Part shown: in pieces, positions 19,820-28,308 of the stretch
How the letters are laid out: each line of letters begins with the position of its first letter
Position numbering within the stretch: the first letter of the stretch is position 1
NCBI GenBank assembly: GCA_046537845.1
Contig: JBKHKA010000002.1
Location: 67,152 to 131,151, forward strand
Length of the DNA stretch: 64,000 bases
Source of the DNA: Candidatus Aenigmatarchaeota archaeon
GTDB lineage: Archaea; Thermoplasmatota; Thermoplasmata; Halarchaeoplasmatales; Halarchaeoplasmataceae
Direction of reading: 5' to 3'
The notes under the pieces: model-generated
Told to the model about the DNA's origin: nothing
Database searches by the model: none
What the model saw: the letters and a program-made list of their open reading frames with translations, nothing else
Translations under genes and position numbers: made by a program

Positions 19820-21051
19820 CCTTCACCTTTTACCTCAGAGACTAACTCCCAAAACCTGTCTTCAGAAAAGCCGAGCATCTCTTTGTTATACTCGTCCTTC
19901 TTTTCTAGGAATTCGTCTATCCGACGCTGTCTATGGATGGTCTTCTCTTCTTCTATCCTTTCAAGGACTTCCTCTATCTGATCGTCAGTCAAAGAGACAT
20001 CTTTCGAGTCCAAGAGTTCCTTAACGTTTGTAGGACCGGAATGTTTTCCAAGCACGAACTCGCGCTCTCTGCCCACCTCTTCGGGGGATATAGGCTCATA
20101 GGACTCAGTATGTGAAAGGACGCCGGAAACGTGGACTTCGCTTTCGTGTCTATAAGAATTGTATCCCGAAATAGGTTTCTGTGGGGAGAGATAGAGGCCG
20201 GACTTCCTTTCCACCATCTTCGAGAGTTCGTAAAGCAGCGTGGTATCCACACCCGTATCGGTATCGAACAACTTTTCTATTATCATCACTATCTCCTCTA
20301 AAGCAGGGTTGCCCGAACTATCTCCAAGAGAATTTACGGTCACTGTAGGATAATTTACACCCGCTTGGACAGCTGCGACAGTATTCGCTACCGCCAGACC
20401 GAAATCGTTGTGACAGTGAACGCCCCATCCTTTTCCTCCCACTTCATCTATGATTTTAGAGGTGAAAGAATACATAGCCTCTGGAGTGATGGAACTTGCG
20501 GTATCGCATATTATCAAACGGTCGGCACCTCTATCTCTCACTTCGGTCAGTAATTCGATGACGAAATCTAGATCCGAACGAGTGGTATCTTCGCTTATGA
20601 AGTCGAAGTTTACTCCTCGCTCGTTCACATGATCTACGGCTTCGAGGACCTCTTCGAAACATTCTTCTTCGGTCATGTCCTGTTTGTAGTGAAGGTGAAA
20701 TTTACTTGTAGTAGAAAACATGTAGAGGTTTTTCACCCCGAGATCAATAGCTGCGTCTATATCTTCTTTTTTACACCTTACCGTAGCTCCCACCTCGGCA
20801 TCTAAACCACAGGAAACTAGCGCTTCTATGGCATCTCTTTCCTTTTGGGACATCATCGGAAAACCGGCGTCTATGACTGAAATACCGGCCTTGTCCATCA
20901 ATTCGGCCAGCTCCATCTTGTCTTCTAGATCGAATATAACACCAGGACTCTGTTCTCCGCCTCTCAGCGTTTCGTCCCATATGTGTACCTTTTCGGGGAT
21001 GCGTTCTTTCTTCATGAAGTCGGTGTTGTTGTCTTCCATCAATCGATGCAT
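19816..21051 (-). CDS. 2-isopropylmalate / citramalate / homocitrate synthase family enzyme (HMGL-like domain, no LeuA regulatory domain evident)
   Basis: IWDETLRGGEQSPG (variant of DTTLRDGEQ) and HCHNDFGLAVANTVAAVQAG. I place the start at ATG 21051 (MHRLMEDNN), ~29 nt after TATA-like tttttatattt. The ORF track extends to 21168. Confidence 0.8.
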   Translation of the reverse strand: MHRLMEDNNTDFMKKERIPEKVHIWDETLRGGEQSPGVIFDLEDKMELAELMDKAGISVIDAGFPMMSQKERDAIEALVSCGLDAEVGATVRCKKEDIDAAIDLGVKNLYMFSTTSKFHLHYKQDMTEEECFEEVLEAVDHVNERGVNFDFISEDTTRSDLDFVIELLTEVRDRGADRLIICDTASSITPEAMYSFTSKIIDEVGGKGWGVHCHNDFGLAVANTVAAVQAGVNYPTVTVNSLGDSSGNPALEEIVMIIEKLFDTDTGVDTTLLYELSKMVERKSGLYLSPQKPISGYNSYRHESEVHVSGVLSHTESYEPISPEEVGREREFVLGKHSGPTNVKELLDSKDVSLTDDQIEEVLERIEEEKTIHRQRRIDEFLEKKDEYNKEMLGFSEDRFWELVSEVKGEG

Positions 21052-21195
21052 ACTCACACCGATTGAGCATCTGAGATGAAATATAAAAAGGTTGCTGGAT
21101 TTTGTCAGATTGGTCGCTTTCTTGACTTGAGAAGAAAACAACATGTTTTTATATCCTTTAGTTTTCAATCCATACGGAGTTCAATTTAGATAACC

Positions 21196-22293
21196 ATGGC
21201 TGACGACATAGACGAGCAGATAAAAAAGATAGAGGAGGAGATCAGAGAAACTCCTTATAACAAATCGACGGAACAGCATATCGGCCGTTTGAAAGCCAAG
21301 ATAGCGAAGTTGAAAGAAAAGAAGGAGAAGATGGGAGAGAGCACGGCGGAGGGTGGGGGTTACGATATAAAAAAGGAAGGTGACGCTACGGTAGGTCTCG
21401 TTGGATTACCGAGCGTAGGTAAGAGTACACTTCTCAATAAGTTGACCAATGCGGAGAGCGAAGTCGCAGGATATCATTTCACCACATTGGAGGTCATACC
21501 TGGCATAATGGAGTACAACGGAGCAAAGATCCAACTCTTGGATCTTCCAGGCCTGGTGGAAGGTGCTTCGGAAGGAAAAGGGAGGGGGAAAGAGATACTG
21601 TCCGTGGTGAGAAATGTCGATCTCGTCATGATGTTGGGGGATGTTTACAGGAAGAACATAAAGAAGATCGTTGACGAACTCTATTCTCACGGTATCAGGC
21701 TGAATCGTTCACCTCCAGATATAAGGATAGATGAGAAGGACAGCGGCGGTATCAAAGTGAACAGCACCGTAGAGCAGCCAGATATCGAAAAAGGGACCGT
21801 CATCGATATCCTCCGTGAATTCGGTTACGTCAATGCCGATATCGTGCTCAGAGAACAAGTTACACCGGAGGATCTAATCGACTTTTTGAGTAAAAACAGA
21901 GTTTACCTCTCTGCTTTTCCAGTGATAAACAAGATAGATCTTTTCGATGATAAAAAGATAAAAAGCATAGAGGAAGAGGTAGAAGATTTCGATCCTCTGA
22001 TGATCTCCGCTGAAGAAAGTATAGGGATCGAAGAAGTCAAAAAAAGGATATTCGACGAGCTCAACTTCATCCGTATATTCTTAAGACCCCAGGGGACAAA
22101 AGCCGATGACGAGCCTATGATATTGAAAAAGGGCGCTACGGTAAAAGATGTCTGTAAAAGATTGCATTCAGATTTCATCGAAAATTTCCGTTATGCGAGG
22201 ATATGGGGCCCCAGCGCTAAATTTCCGAAACAGAGAGTGGGGATGGACCACGTGCTGAAAGAGAACGACACTGTACGGATACTCACCAAATGA
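21196..22293 (+). CDS. DRG/Obg-family GTPase with C-terminal TGS domain
   Basis: G1 GLPSVGKSTLLN, G2 TT, G3 DLPGL, NKID, and a C-terminal TGS-like segment (GATVKDVCKRLHSDF). Confidence 0.85.
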   Translation: MADDIDEQIKKIEEEIRETPYNKSTEQHIGRLKAKIAKLKEKKEKMGESTAEGGGYDIKKEGDATVGLVGLPSVGKSTLLNKLTNAESEVAGYHFTTLEVIPGIMEYNGAKIQLLDLPGLVEGASEGKGRGKEILSVVRNVDLVMMLGDVYRKNIKKIVDELYSHGIRLNRSPPDIRIDEKDSGGIKVNSTVEQPDIEKGTVIDILREFGYVNADIVLREQVTPEDLIDFLSKNRVYLSAFPVINKIDLFDDKKIKSIEEEVEDFDPLMISAEESIGIEEVKKRIFDELNFIRIFLRPQGTKADDEPMILKKGATVKDVCKRLHSDFIENFRYARIWGPSAKFPKQRVGMDHVLKENDTVRILTK

Positions 22294-22327
22294 GTTAAAT
22301 CGGACCTCTTCTTTTCTTTAAACATCT

Positions 22328-22867
22328 ATGAAAGAAATAATCTCAAAAGCGATGAGTTCAGGGCTGGACTTCTCACAGAAGGGCGTCTTAAAATCATTTT
22401 TATACAAGATGGACCTGGACGAGGAGACCTACGATCGAGTTTACGTGAATCTAAAAAATAACTCTCTAGAGGATAAAGTTTCGAAGGTGGATTTTGAAGA
22501 CAGGATCGTTCTACTGCCTCAATGCTTGAGAGATCCAGATAACTGTGAAGCGGAGATGGAGGAATTCGGGTACAAGTGTAAAAATTGTGGTAATTGTGTT
22601 ATCGATGATATAAAATCTAAAGCCGAGGACCTTAATTATGAGAAGGTCTACATAGTTCCGGGGTCTAGCATGGCAAAGAACGTCTTGAAGAAAAAGGATC
22701 CCAGTGCCGTTATAGCCGTGGCATGTCATTCTGAATTGGTGGAGGGGTTCGAGGCCAGCCATGTTTACAGTATACCTATCCAGGGAGTACCCTTATTAAG
22801 ATCAGGATGTGTGAACACTGAGGTCGATCTTGAAAAAGTCGAAGAAAAACTACAGATGAAGAATTGA
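22328..22867 (+). CDS. DUF116-family protein
   Basis: LLPQCLRDPDNCEAE...YKCKNCGNCVIDD...VIAVACHSELVEG pattern characteristic of DUF116. Confidence 0.65.
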   Translation: MKEIISKAMSSGLDFSQKGVLKSFLYKMDLDEETYDRVYVNLKNNSLEDKVSKVDFEDRIVLLPQCLRDPDNCEAEMEEFGYKCKNCGNCVIDDIKSKAEDLNYEKVYIVPGSSMAKNVLKKKDPSAVIAVACHSELVEGFEASHVYSIPIQGVPLLRSGCVNTEVDLEKVEEKLQMKN

Positions 22868-22887
22868 GTCTTATTTTGGGTGAATAT

Positions 22888-23583
22888 ATGAGCGATGAGA
22901 TAGCTATATTTGGCATCGGCGGAGGATCAGATACTGGAAAAACGGAGATGATATGTGAATTGGTGGAAGAGCTTTCTAAACGAGGCTATAAACCAGCTAC
23001 GATCAAGCATACGCAGGGAGATTTCAGCATCGATGAAGAAGGAAAAGATACCTGGAGACATTCTGAAGCCGGCGCGAAGCTTGTAGTTTTTTCTACCCCC
23101 GCTGAGACTGATTTTCTTGTGCAGAGACCTATGAGTATGGAAGAGACCTTGATGAAGATAGGCGCTTTAGATAGATACGATGTTGTTTTGGTTGAGGGGA
23201 TGAAAAATGAAGATATTCCCAAGATCGTTCTAGATGAAGAAAAAAGTGAAGATGGAAAACTGTTGAGGGAATCCTTAGAGCGGATCGAGGAAGAGATGAT
23301 CTTAAAGGAGCTTCCCGGGATCGATTGTCGACGATGTGGATTCGAAAGCTGTGAGGAGATGGCAGGTGCGATAGTTAAGGGAGAAAAGGCTATAGACGAT
23401 TGTGAAGTGATGGGGACAGAAAAAAGAGAGGGTGTCGAGCTATCAGTGAACGGAGAAAAGCTTCCGCTGACCAAGTTTCCTTCAAAACTTCTCAAAAATA
23501 CGATAAAAGGCATGGTAACTTCCCTGAAGGGAGTGGAAGATGAAGAAGAGATAGATGAGATCGAAATTAAAATTTCAGAGTGA
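22888..23583 (+). CDS. mobB: MobB-like molybdopterin-guanine dinucleotide biosynthesis adapter fused to a Cys-rich putative Fe-S domain
   Basis: P-loop GIGGGSDTGKTEM and PATIKHTQGDF...DTWRHSEAGA (MobB). C-terminal GIDCRRCGFESCEEMAGAIVKGEKAIDDC resembles the RnfB-type Fe-S domain. An alternative TTG start at 22864 overlaps the upstream stop. Confidence 0.7.
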   Translation: MSDEIAIFGIGGGSDTGKTEMICELVEELSKRGYKPATIKHTQGDFSIDEEGKDTWRHSEAGAKLVVFSTPAETDFLVQRPMSMEETLMKIGALDRYDVVLVEGMKNEDIPKIVLDEEKSEDGKLLRESLERIEEEMILKELPGIDCRRCGFESCEEMAGAIVKGEKAIDDCEVMGTEKREGVELSVNGEKLPLTKFPSKLLKNTIKGMVTSLKGVEDEEEIDEIEIKISE

Positions 23584-23588
23584 TCGGG

Positions 23589-24068
23589 ATGCAGGTCATA
23601 GGAGTGAAGACAAGCGTATCGACAAGTTCTGATGAGATATTGGAGGATATAGAAGAATACCGGAGAAAGAAAGAAGTCTTTATCCAGATCTTTGACTCGG
23701 ATAAAGTCATAGGAAAAGAGCACCTTCAATGGGCCTATCAGAAGGCTAAAGAATGTTTTGAAAACGGAACTAACAGAGCTGACTCCTTAGAGATCGAAAC
23801 TCTTCTGTGGGCTTCAGCAGAATGGCAGATCAAAGACGCTCTGGATAAGATGGGAGTCAAGGATCACGACGAAGAGGCTGTGGTATTGATAGAGGACGAA
23901 GTCAGTCTCGAAAACTTATTAGACTTCATGGGATGGACCAGAGACGATGATCTGTTGAAACTAGATAAAAAAAAGCTGAAAGATTTTGGGATCCAAGAAG
24001 AAGAGATCGAAGCCGTCGATGATCCTTACGAACTCGTCTTCGAGAAGATGGCTACTTCTATATTATGA
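23589..24068 (+). CDS. cgi121: KEOPS complex subunit Cgi121-like
   Basis: Size and the block FDSDKVIGKEHLQWAYQKAKECFENGTNRADSLEIETLLWASAEWQIKDALDKMGV resemble archaeal Cgi121. Confidence 0.55.
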   Translation: MQVIGVKTSVSTSSDEILEDIEEYRRKKEVFIQIFDSDKVIGKEHLQWAYQKAKECFENGTNRADSLEIETLLWASAEWQIKDALDKMGVKDHDEEAVVLIEDEVSLENLLDFMGWTRDDDLLKLDKKKLKDFGIQEEEIEAVDDPYELVFEKMATSIL

Positions 24069-24180
24069 TCTCAGGAACCACTGGGATGGGATCAACGGAA
24101 CATTTATTAGGTCCTAAAGTATGTGAAATCCAAAATTATTGAAGCAAAAGAATTTCTAGAATAAAATGGAGGAAAAGAAT

Positions 24181-26064
24181 ATGGCTAGCTCAGGACATTG
24201 GGGAAAATTATTGAGAGTAAATCTGAACGATGGCAGTGCAGAAACGGAGAGTTTATCCGAAGAGTTCCTACGAAAATTTATCGGTGGAGCAGGATTCACC
24301 ACAAAGATCCTTTACGACGAAGTAGGAAAAGATGTGGACCCTCTCTCGGAAGATAACAAACTGATCATATCTCCTGGCCTTCTTCTAGGGCTCAAAGTGC
24401 CAACTGGTTCAAAGACTTCTTTTGGATTCAAGAGCCCCCAAACAGGAGGATACGGAAAGTCACTTGTAGGTGGGAAGATCGGCGATCAATTGAAGAAAGC
24501 CGGATATGACGTTTTGATTATAGAAGGTAAGGCAGAAGAACCCTCAGTACTGGTCATCGAAGATGAGGATGTGAGAGTAGAAAAAGCTGATGATATCTGG
24601 GGAAAAGACACCCATAAAGCGGGAGAGATGATCAAAGAAAAGTACGGCGAGGTAGAGACCGCTGTTATCGGCCCTGCTGGAGAAAAACTTTCCAAGATAT
24701 CGATAATAGAATGTAATGAGAGACAGGCAGCTAGAGGCGGTATAGGCGCTGTGTTAGGGTCTAAAAACTTGAAAGGGATCGGTATAAAAGGATCAAAGGA
24801 TTATCCCATACACGATAAAGAAAGATTGGACGACTTGATCTCCAAGTTCAGAAAGGAGAGTCAGGAACAAGGTAAAACCGACATGGAGTACGGTTCCGGC
24901 GAAGCTCTGCATCCGTTGAACGTGGAGATAGGCGCATTCCCTGTGAAGAATTGGGAAGCGGGCTATTTCAAAGACGCCTATGAAAAGTTAGAAGATCCTA
25001 TGGAAGGCCGCATAGATATCGATCCAAGAAGATGGACCTCTGAATATAGAGATGGTAGGAGGCCGTGTCCTTATTGTACGAAGCCTTGCAGCCAGTATTT
25101 TGTGGCGGAAGACACTCCTTATGGAGACATAGGCATAGATGGACCGGAGTACGAAACACAGTATTCCTTTGGCGGCTGTACAGGTGTTGACGATGTAGAA
25201 GCTGTAGCCAAGGCCAATGAGATCTGCGATAAGTTGGGCCTAGATACTATCTCTGCAGGAGTCACGGTTGCATGGGCTATGGAAGCTTACGAGAAAGGAC
25301 TACTAGAATCCGACATAGATCTAGAGTTCGGTAACGCCGAAGCGATGATAGAAGCCGTTGAAATGATGGGCAAAAAAGAAGGAGAACTCGGCGAGATGTT
25401 GAGCAACGGTGTTGTAGAGGCCGCTGAAAAACTCGGAAAAGGATCCGAAAAATTTGCGATCCACGTAAAAGGTATGGAGCCCCCGGGATACGAAGCTAGA
25501 GGGATGTTCGGTATGGGCTTGGCTCTGGCGGTGGCGCCGAGAGGTGCCGACCACTTGACATCATGCGCTTACGCTTTGGACTACGGTGGATCATTCTGGT
25601 ACTTTGATGATTACAAGAGAAGAGAAGTGGTTTCTAAGGGCTTCCCGCTTAAGATGATGGAAGACCTGATGATGGTCTTCGATATGACCGGGATCTGTAA
25701 ATTCTCTAGAGGTATATATCTTGATAAAAACCAGATCGGCCTGGTACAAGCAGTGACAGGTTGGGATGTGAGCAACGGCGAACTATTAGAAGCCGGGGAA
25801 AGAGCTCACAACGTTGCGAAGGCATACAATGTGAGAGAAGGATTCACCAGAGAAGACGATATACTGCCGGAAAGGATGTACCGAGAAGAAGTCCCCTACG
25901 GTCCGAACGAAGGTGCGAAGATACCAAGAAGAGAATTCGAGGAGGCGCTGGATAGGTATTATACCGCTAGAGGATGGAGTTTAGAAGGAGTCCCTACGAA
26001 GGGTAAATTGGAAAATCTAGACCTGCCTAAGGTGTCAGAGGAGATCGGAGTTCTCAAGCAATAA
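24181..26064 (+). CDS. aor: Tungsten-type aldehyde:ferredoxin oxidoreductase (AOR family), paralog 1
   Basis: Full-length AOR architecture with RRPCPYCTKPCSQYFVAED (4Fe-4S Cys), DGPEYET, NEICDKLGLDTISAG, GADHLTS and GICKFSRG. GGAGGA lies 7 nt before ATG 24181, and the N-terminus then aligns with paralog 2. Confidence 0.9.
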   Translation: MASSGHWGKLLRVNLNDGSAETESLSEEFLRKFIGGAGFTTKILYDEVGKDVDPLSEDNKLIISPGLLLGLKVPTGSKTSFGFKSPQTGGYGKSLVGGKIGDQLKKAGYDVLIIEGKAEEPSVLVIEDEDVRVEKADDIWGKDTHKAGEMIKEKYGEVETAVIGPAGEKLSKISIIECNERQAARGGIGAVLGSKNLKGIGIKGSKDYPIHDKERLDDLISKFRKESQEQGKTDMEYGSGEALHPLNVEIGAFPVKNWEAGYFKDAYEKLEDPMEGRIDIDPRRWTSEYRDGRRPCPYCTKPCSQYFVAEDTPYGDIGIDGPEYETQYSFGGCTGVDDVEAVAKANEICDKLGLDTISAGVTVAWAMEAYEKGLLESDIDLEFGNAEAMIEAVEMMGKKEGELGEMLSNGVVEAAEKLGKGSEKFAIHVKGMEPPGYEARGMFGMGLALAVAPRGADHLTSCAYALDYGGSFWYFDDYKRREVVSKGFPLKMMEDLMMVFDMTGICKFSRGIYLDKNQIGLVQAVTGWDVSNGELLEAGERAHNVAKAYNVREGFTREDDILPERMYREEVPYGPNEGAKIPRREFEEALDRYYTARGWSLEGVPTKGKLENLDLPKVSEEIGVLKQ

Positions 26065-26107
26065 TAGGTCTCTCTATAAACACGTGGTATTAGTACTTCC
26101 AACTATA

Positions 26108-26127
26108 GCTATACCCATGGGTATAGC
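26108..26127. terminator. Perfect 20-bp palindrome between convergent genes (possible bidirectional terminator)
   Basis: gctatacccatgggtatagc is its own reverse complement. It lies between the AOR stop (26064) and the stop of the minus-strand gene (26163). Confidence 0.4.
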
Positions 26128-26162
26128 AACTACCAAGTCCAAGACGAGGATTGCATCCATCA

Positions 26163-26813
26163 TCAGGTATTGGTTATCTTCTCCAGTTCCTTCTGCACCT
26201 TATCTCTTAGTCCATCATCCGAGATGTTTATGGCGAGAACATACGCCTTTGCATCTCCATCTCCACCGTTGCCTTTTTTAAAGCTAATTGAAAATTCTTC
26301 AGTATCGAAGTAGCAAGGATTGAATCTCAGCATAAGGCCTTGGTATATCAGTTTCTCCAATTTTCTGATGGATCTTATGGATTCAGCCCCGACTAATCTT
26401 TCGATGTTCTTCGATGCGCGCTTGATCTTCTCGGTAGAGGATCCTTCGTCAGAATCATCTATTTTTACCGTTTCAGCTACGCCTTTCTTTATCTTCTCAC
26501 CAGCCTTTTCTAGTTCTTCTTTGGGCCCGTCATACCCATCTTCTACACCCTTCTTCTCTATGCTAGCTTCTTCTACAGTTTTCTTAGTGATGTCTTTTTC
26601 ATCCTCTTTCTCCCTAGGTCGCCATTTATTGTATTTCTCTACAGCTTCTTCATCTGACGAATTCTCCTCCATCACTGTTTCAAGAGATCTCGCAAAAATA
26701 CAAACCTCGTCCCAGTCTCCCCTAAATTCAACACCAGCGTGGGTATATTCTACCTTCGCTGGGTCGGTACTGCATACCTTTCTATCGGTATTACATACCG
26801 TTGATTTGCTCAT
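26163..26813 (-). CDS. Hypothetical protein, paralog A of a two-member local family
   Basis: Shares GVEFRGDWDEVCIFARS, WRPRE and LMLRFNPCYFDT...INISDD blocks with the gene at 27194-27763. Confidence 0.7.
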   Translation of the reverse strand: MSKSTVCNTDRKVCSTDPAKVEYTHAGVEFRGDWDEVCIFARSLETVMEENSSDEEAVEKYNKWRPREKEDEKDITKKTVEEASIEKKGVEDGYDGPKEELEKAGEKIKKGVAETVKIDDSDEGSSTEKIKRASKNIERLVGAESIRSIRKLEKLIYQGLMLRFNPCYFDTEEFSISFKKGNGGDGDAKAYVLAINISDDGLRDKVQKELEKITNT

Positions 26814-26902
26814 CGGTGTTTATATTTTAAAGAGGATGTATAAATAACTTTCGTTCACACTTCAAATATCTCTTTACACCGATCGAGAGTATAGTGGAAG
26901 TC

Positions 26903-27040
26903 GGAACTTTTAAAACTAAAGTTCCAACATCCACAACTCACTGAGGAATTCACAGGAATTCCTCATGTCGATGGAATTTGCTCGCAAATTCCAGTAGACG
27001 TCAATGACTCTATAAAAGTTCAAAAAGTCGAGTCATTGAC
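26903..27040. repeat. Array of four consecutive inverted repeats/hairpins, three with GGAAY...RTTCC stems
   Basis: H1 26903-26925: ggaacttt/aaagttcc. H2 26942-26965: tgaggaattc/gaattcctca. H3 26973-26992: ggaatttg/caaattcc. H4 27000-27040: gtcaatgactc/gagtcattgac. All stems checked by hand as exact complements. Confidence 0.8.
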
Positions 27041-27193
27041 TATAAATATGAGGGGGATTATAAATAACAGTATCACGATATAAAATGTGCAAATTATGGA
27101 CCATTAGGAAAGAAAAATAGATAATAGGAAAATGGTGATCAATCAGATCGCAAAGAAGGAGGGATTCAATTTCAAAGAACTCGTTGAGAGTAA

Positions 27194-27763
27194 TCAATTA
27201 TTCGCTTTTTTATGAAGCTCTTCCTTCACCCTTTCTCTCAATCTGTCATCAGATATATTGACTGAAAATCTATAATCTTTCTTTTTACCCTCACCACTTT
27301 CTTCTAGATTAACTGAAAAGAAGTCCGTATCGAAGTAACAGGGATTAAATCGCAGCATTATCTGGCTGTATATCATCTTCTCTAATATTCTTATAGTTTT
27401 TATAGAACCAGCCTCGAAGACCCGTTCTAAACTTTTGGAGGCTTTCTTGAAATTTTCAGCAGAATTTTTTGACACACTATTCTTTATCCTTCTTCCAGCT
27501 CTATCGAGCTCTTCTTTCGCACCGTTGTACTCTTTTTCTACCTTCTTTTTCTTTATACATGCCTTTTTAGCGGTTTTTTCTGATAATTCTTCTATGTCCT
27601 CCTCCTCTCTTGGCCTCCAATCCTCATAATCCTGAAGAGATTCTTCGTCTGGTCTACCTTTTTCCATCGCATCCTCTACAGAACGGGCGAAATGGCAGAC
27701 CTCTTTCCAGCCCCCTTTAAACTGCACACCGGAGTTCGTGACTTCTATTTTTTGGTTCTTCAT
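27194..27763 (-). CDS. Hypothetical protein, paralog B of the local family
   Basis: GVQFKGGWKEVCHFARS, WRPREEED and IMLRFNPCYFDT...VNISDD blocks are collinear with paralog A. Confidence 0.7.
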   Translation of the reverse strand: MKNQKIEVTNSGVQFKGGWKEVCHFARSVEDAMEKGRPDEESLQDYEDWRPREEEDIEELSEKTAKKACIKKKKVEKEYNGAKEELDRAGRRIKNSVSKNSAENFKKASKSLERVFEAGSIKTIRILEKMIYSQIMLRFNPCYFDTDFFSVNLEESGEGKKKDYRFSVNISDDRLRERVKEELHKKANN

Positions 27764-27894
27764 TGAGGTTGGAGGTGATAAAGGTGATATAAATAGATTG
27801 TGCTACTGTCCTGATTTTTACAGATATATGATTTAGTGGGTATTTATTCCATAAAAATTAAGTACTTTTAGCTGTATATGGAAGCGGTGGAGAT

Positions 27895-28296
27895 ATGAAG
27901 GGGAAAAACGAAAAAATAGGATTTGGACTACTAGCTTTAGGCATAGCCCTGCTCCTGTTGACCTTTTATTTAGCAATGAATGCCTTTCTCAATCCTGGTT
28001 CTATAGCGCAATTCAAAGAACTGGTACCAGGCACTACGGGTGGAGAAGAATTTTCTGAAGCCATGGCTCAATTGGTCAGTGTCTTGGTCTACATCGTGGC
28101 TGCTATTCTACTTTGGGTCATGGGAAGCATCGGCGGAAGGATAACGATGCATGGAATAAAAATGCTCGAAGTTCCAGAGATGAAAAAGAAGGACTCTGAG
28201 ACTTCACCGTCTCCTAAAAGATCGACACAGCCTGAAGAACAGAGCCAGGGAAAAGAAATGAAAGCAAAGTCAGATTCCACTTCTCCTCCAGAATAA
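27895..28296 (+). CDS. Small membrane protein (2 predicted TM helices) with charged tail
   Basis: Hydrophobic segments IGFGLLALGIALLLLTFYLAM and LVSVLVYIVAAILLWVMGSIGG. Hydrophilic C-terminus. Confidence 0.55.
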   Translation: MKGKNEKIGFGLLALGIALLLLTFYLAMNAFLNPGSIAQFKELVPGTTGGEEFSEAMAQLVSVLVYIVAAILLWVMGSIGGRITMHGIKMLEVPEMKKKDSETSPSPKRSTQPEEQSQGKEMKAKSDSTSPPE

Positions 28297-28308
28297 AAGA
28301 TCGGGGAG

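Noticed and set aside
22986-23729. 247-aa minus-strand ORF (and 49068-49754, 228 aa)
   Set aside because: Both are antisense to well-supported genes (MobB/Cgi121 and AOR paralog 2). They are Ser/Pro-rich shadow ORFs.
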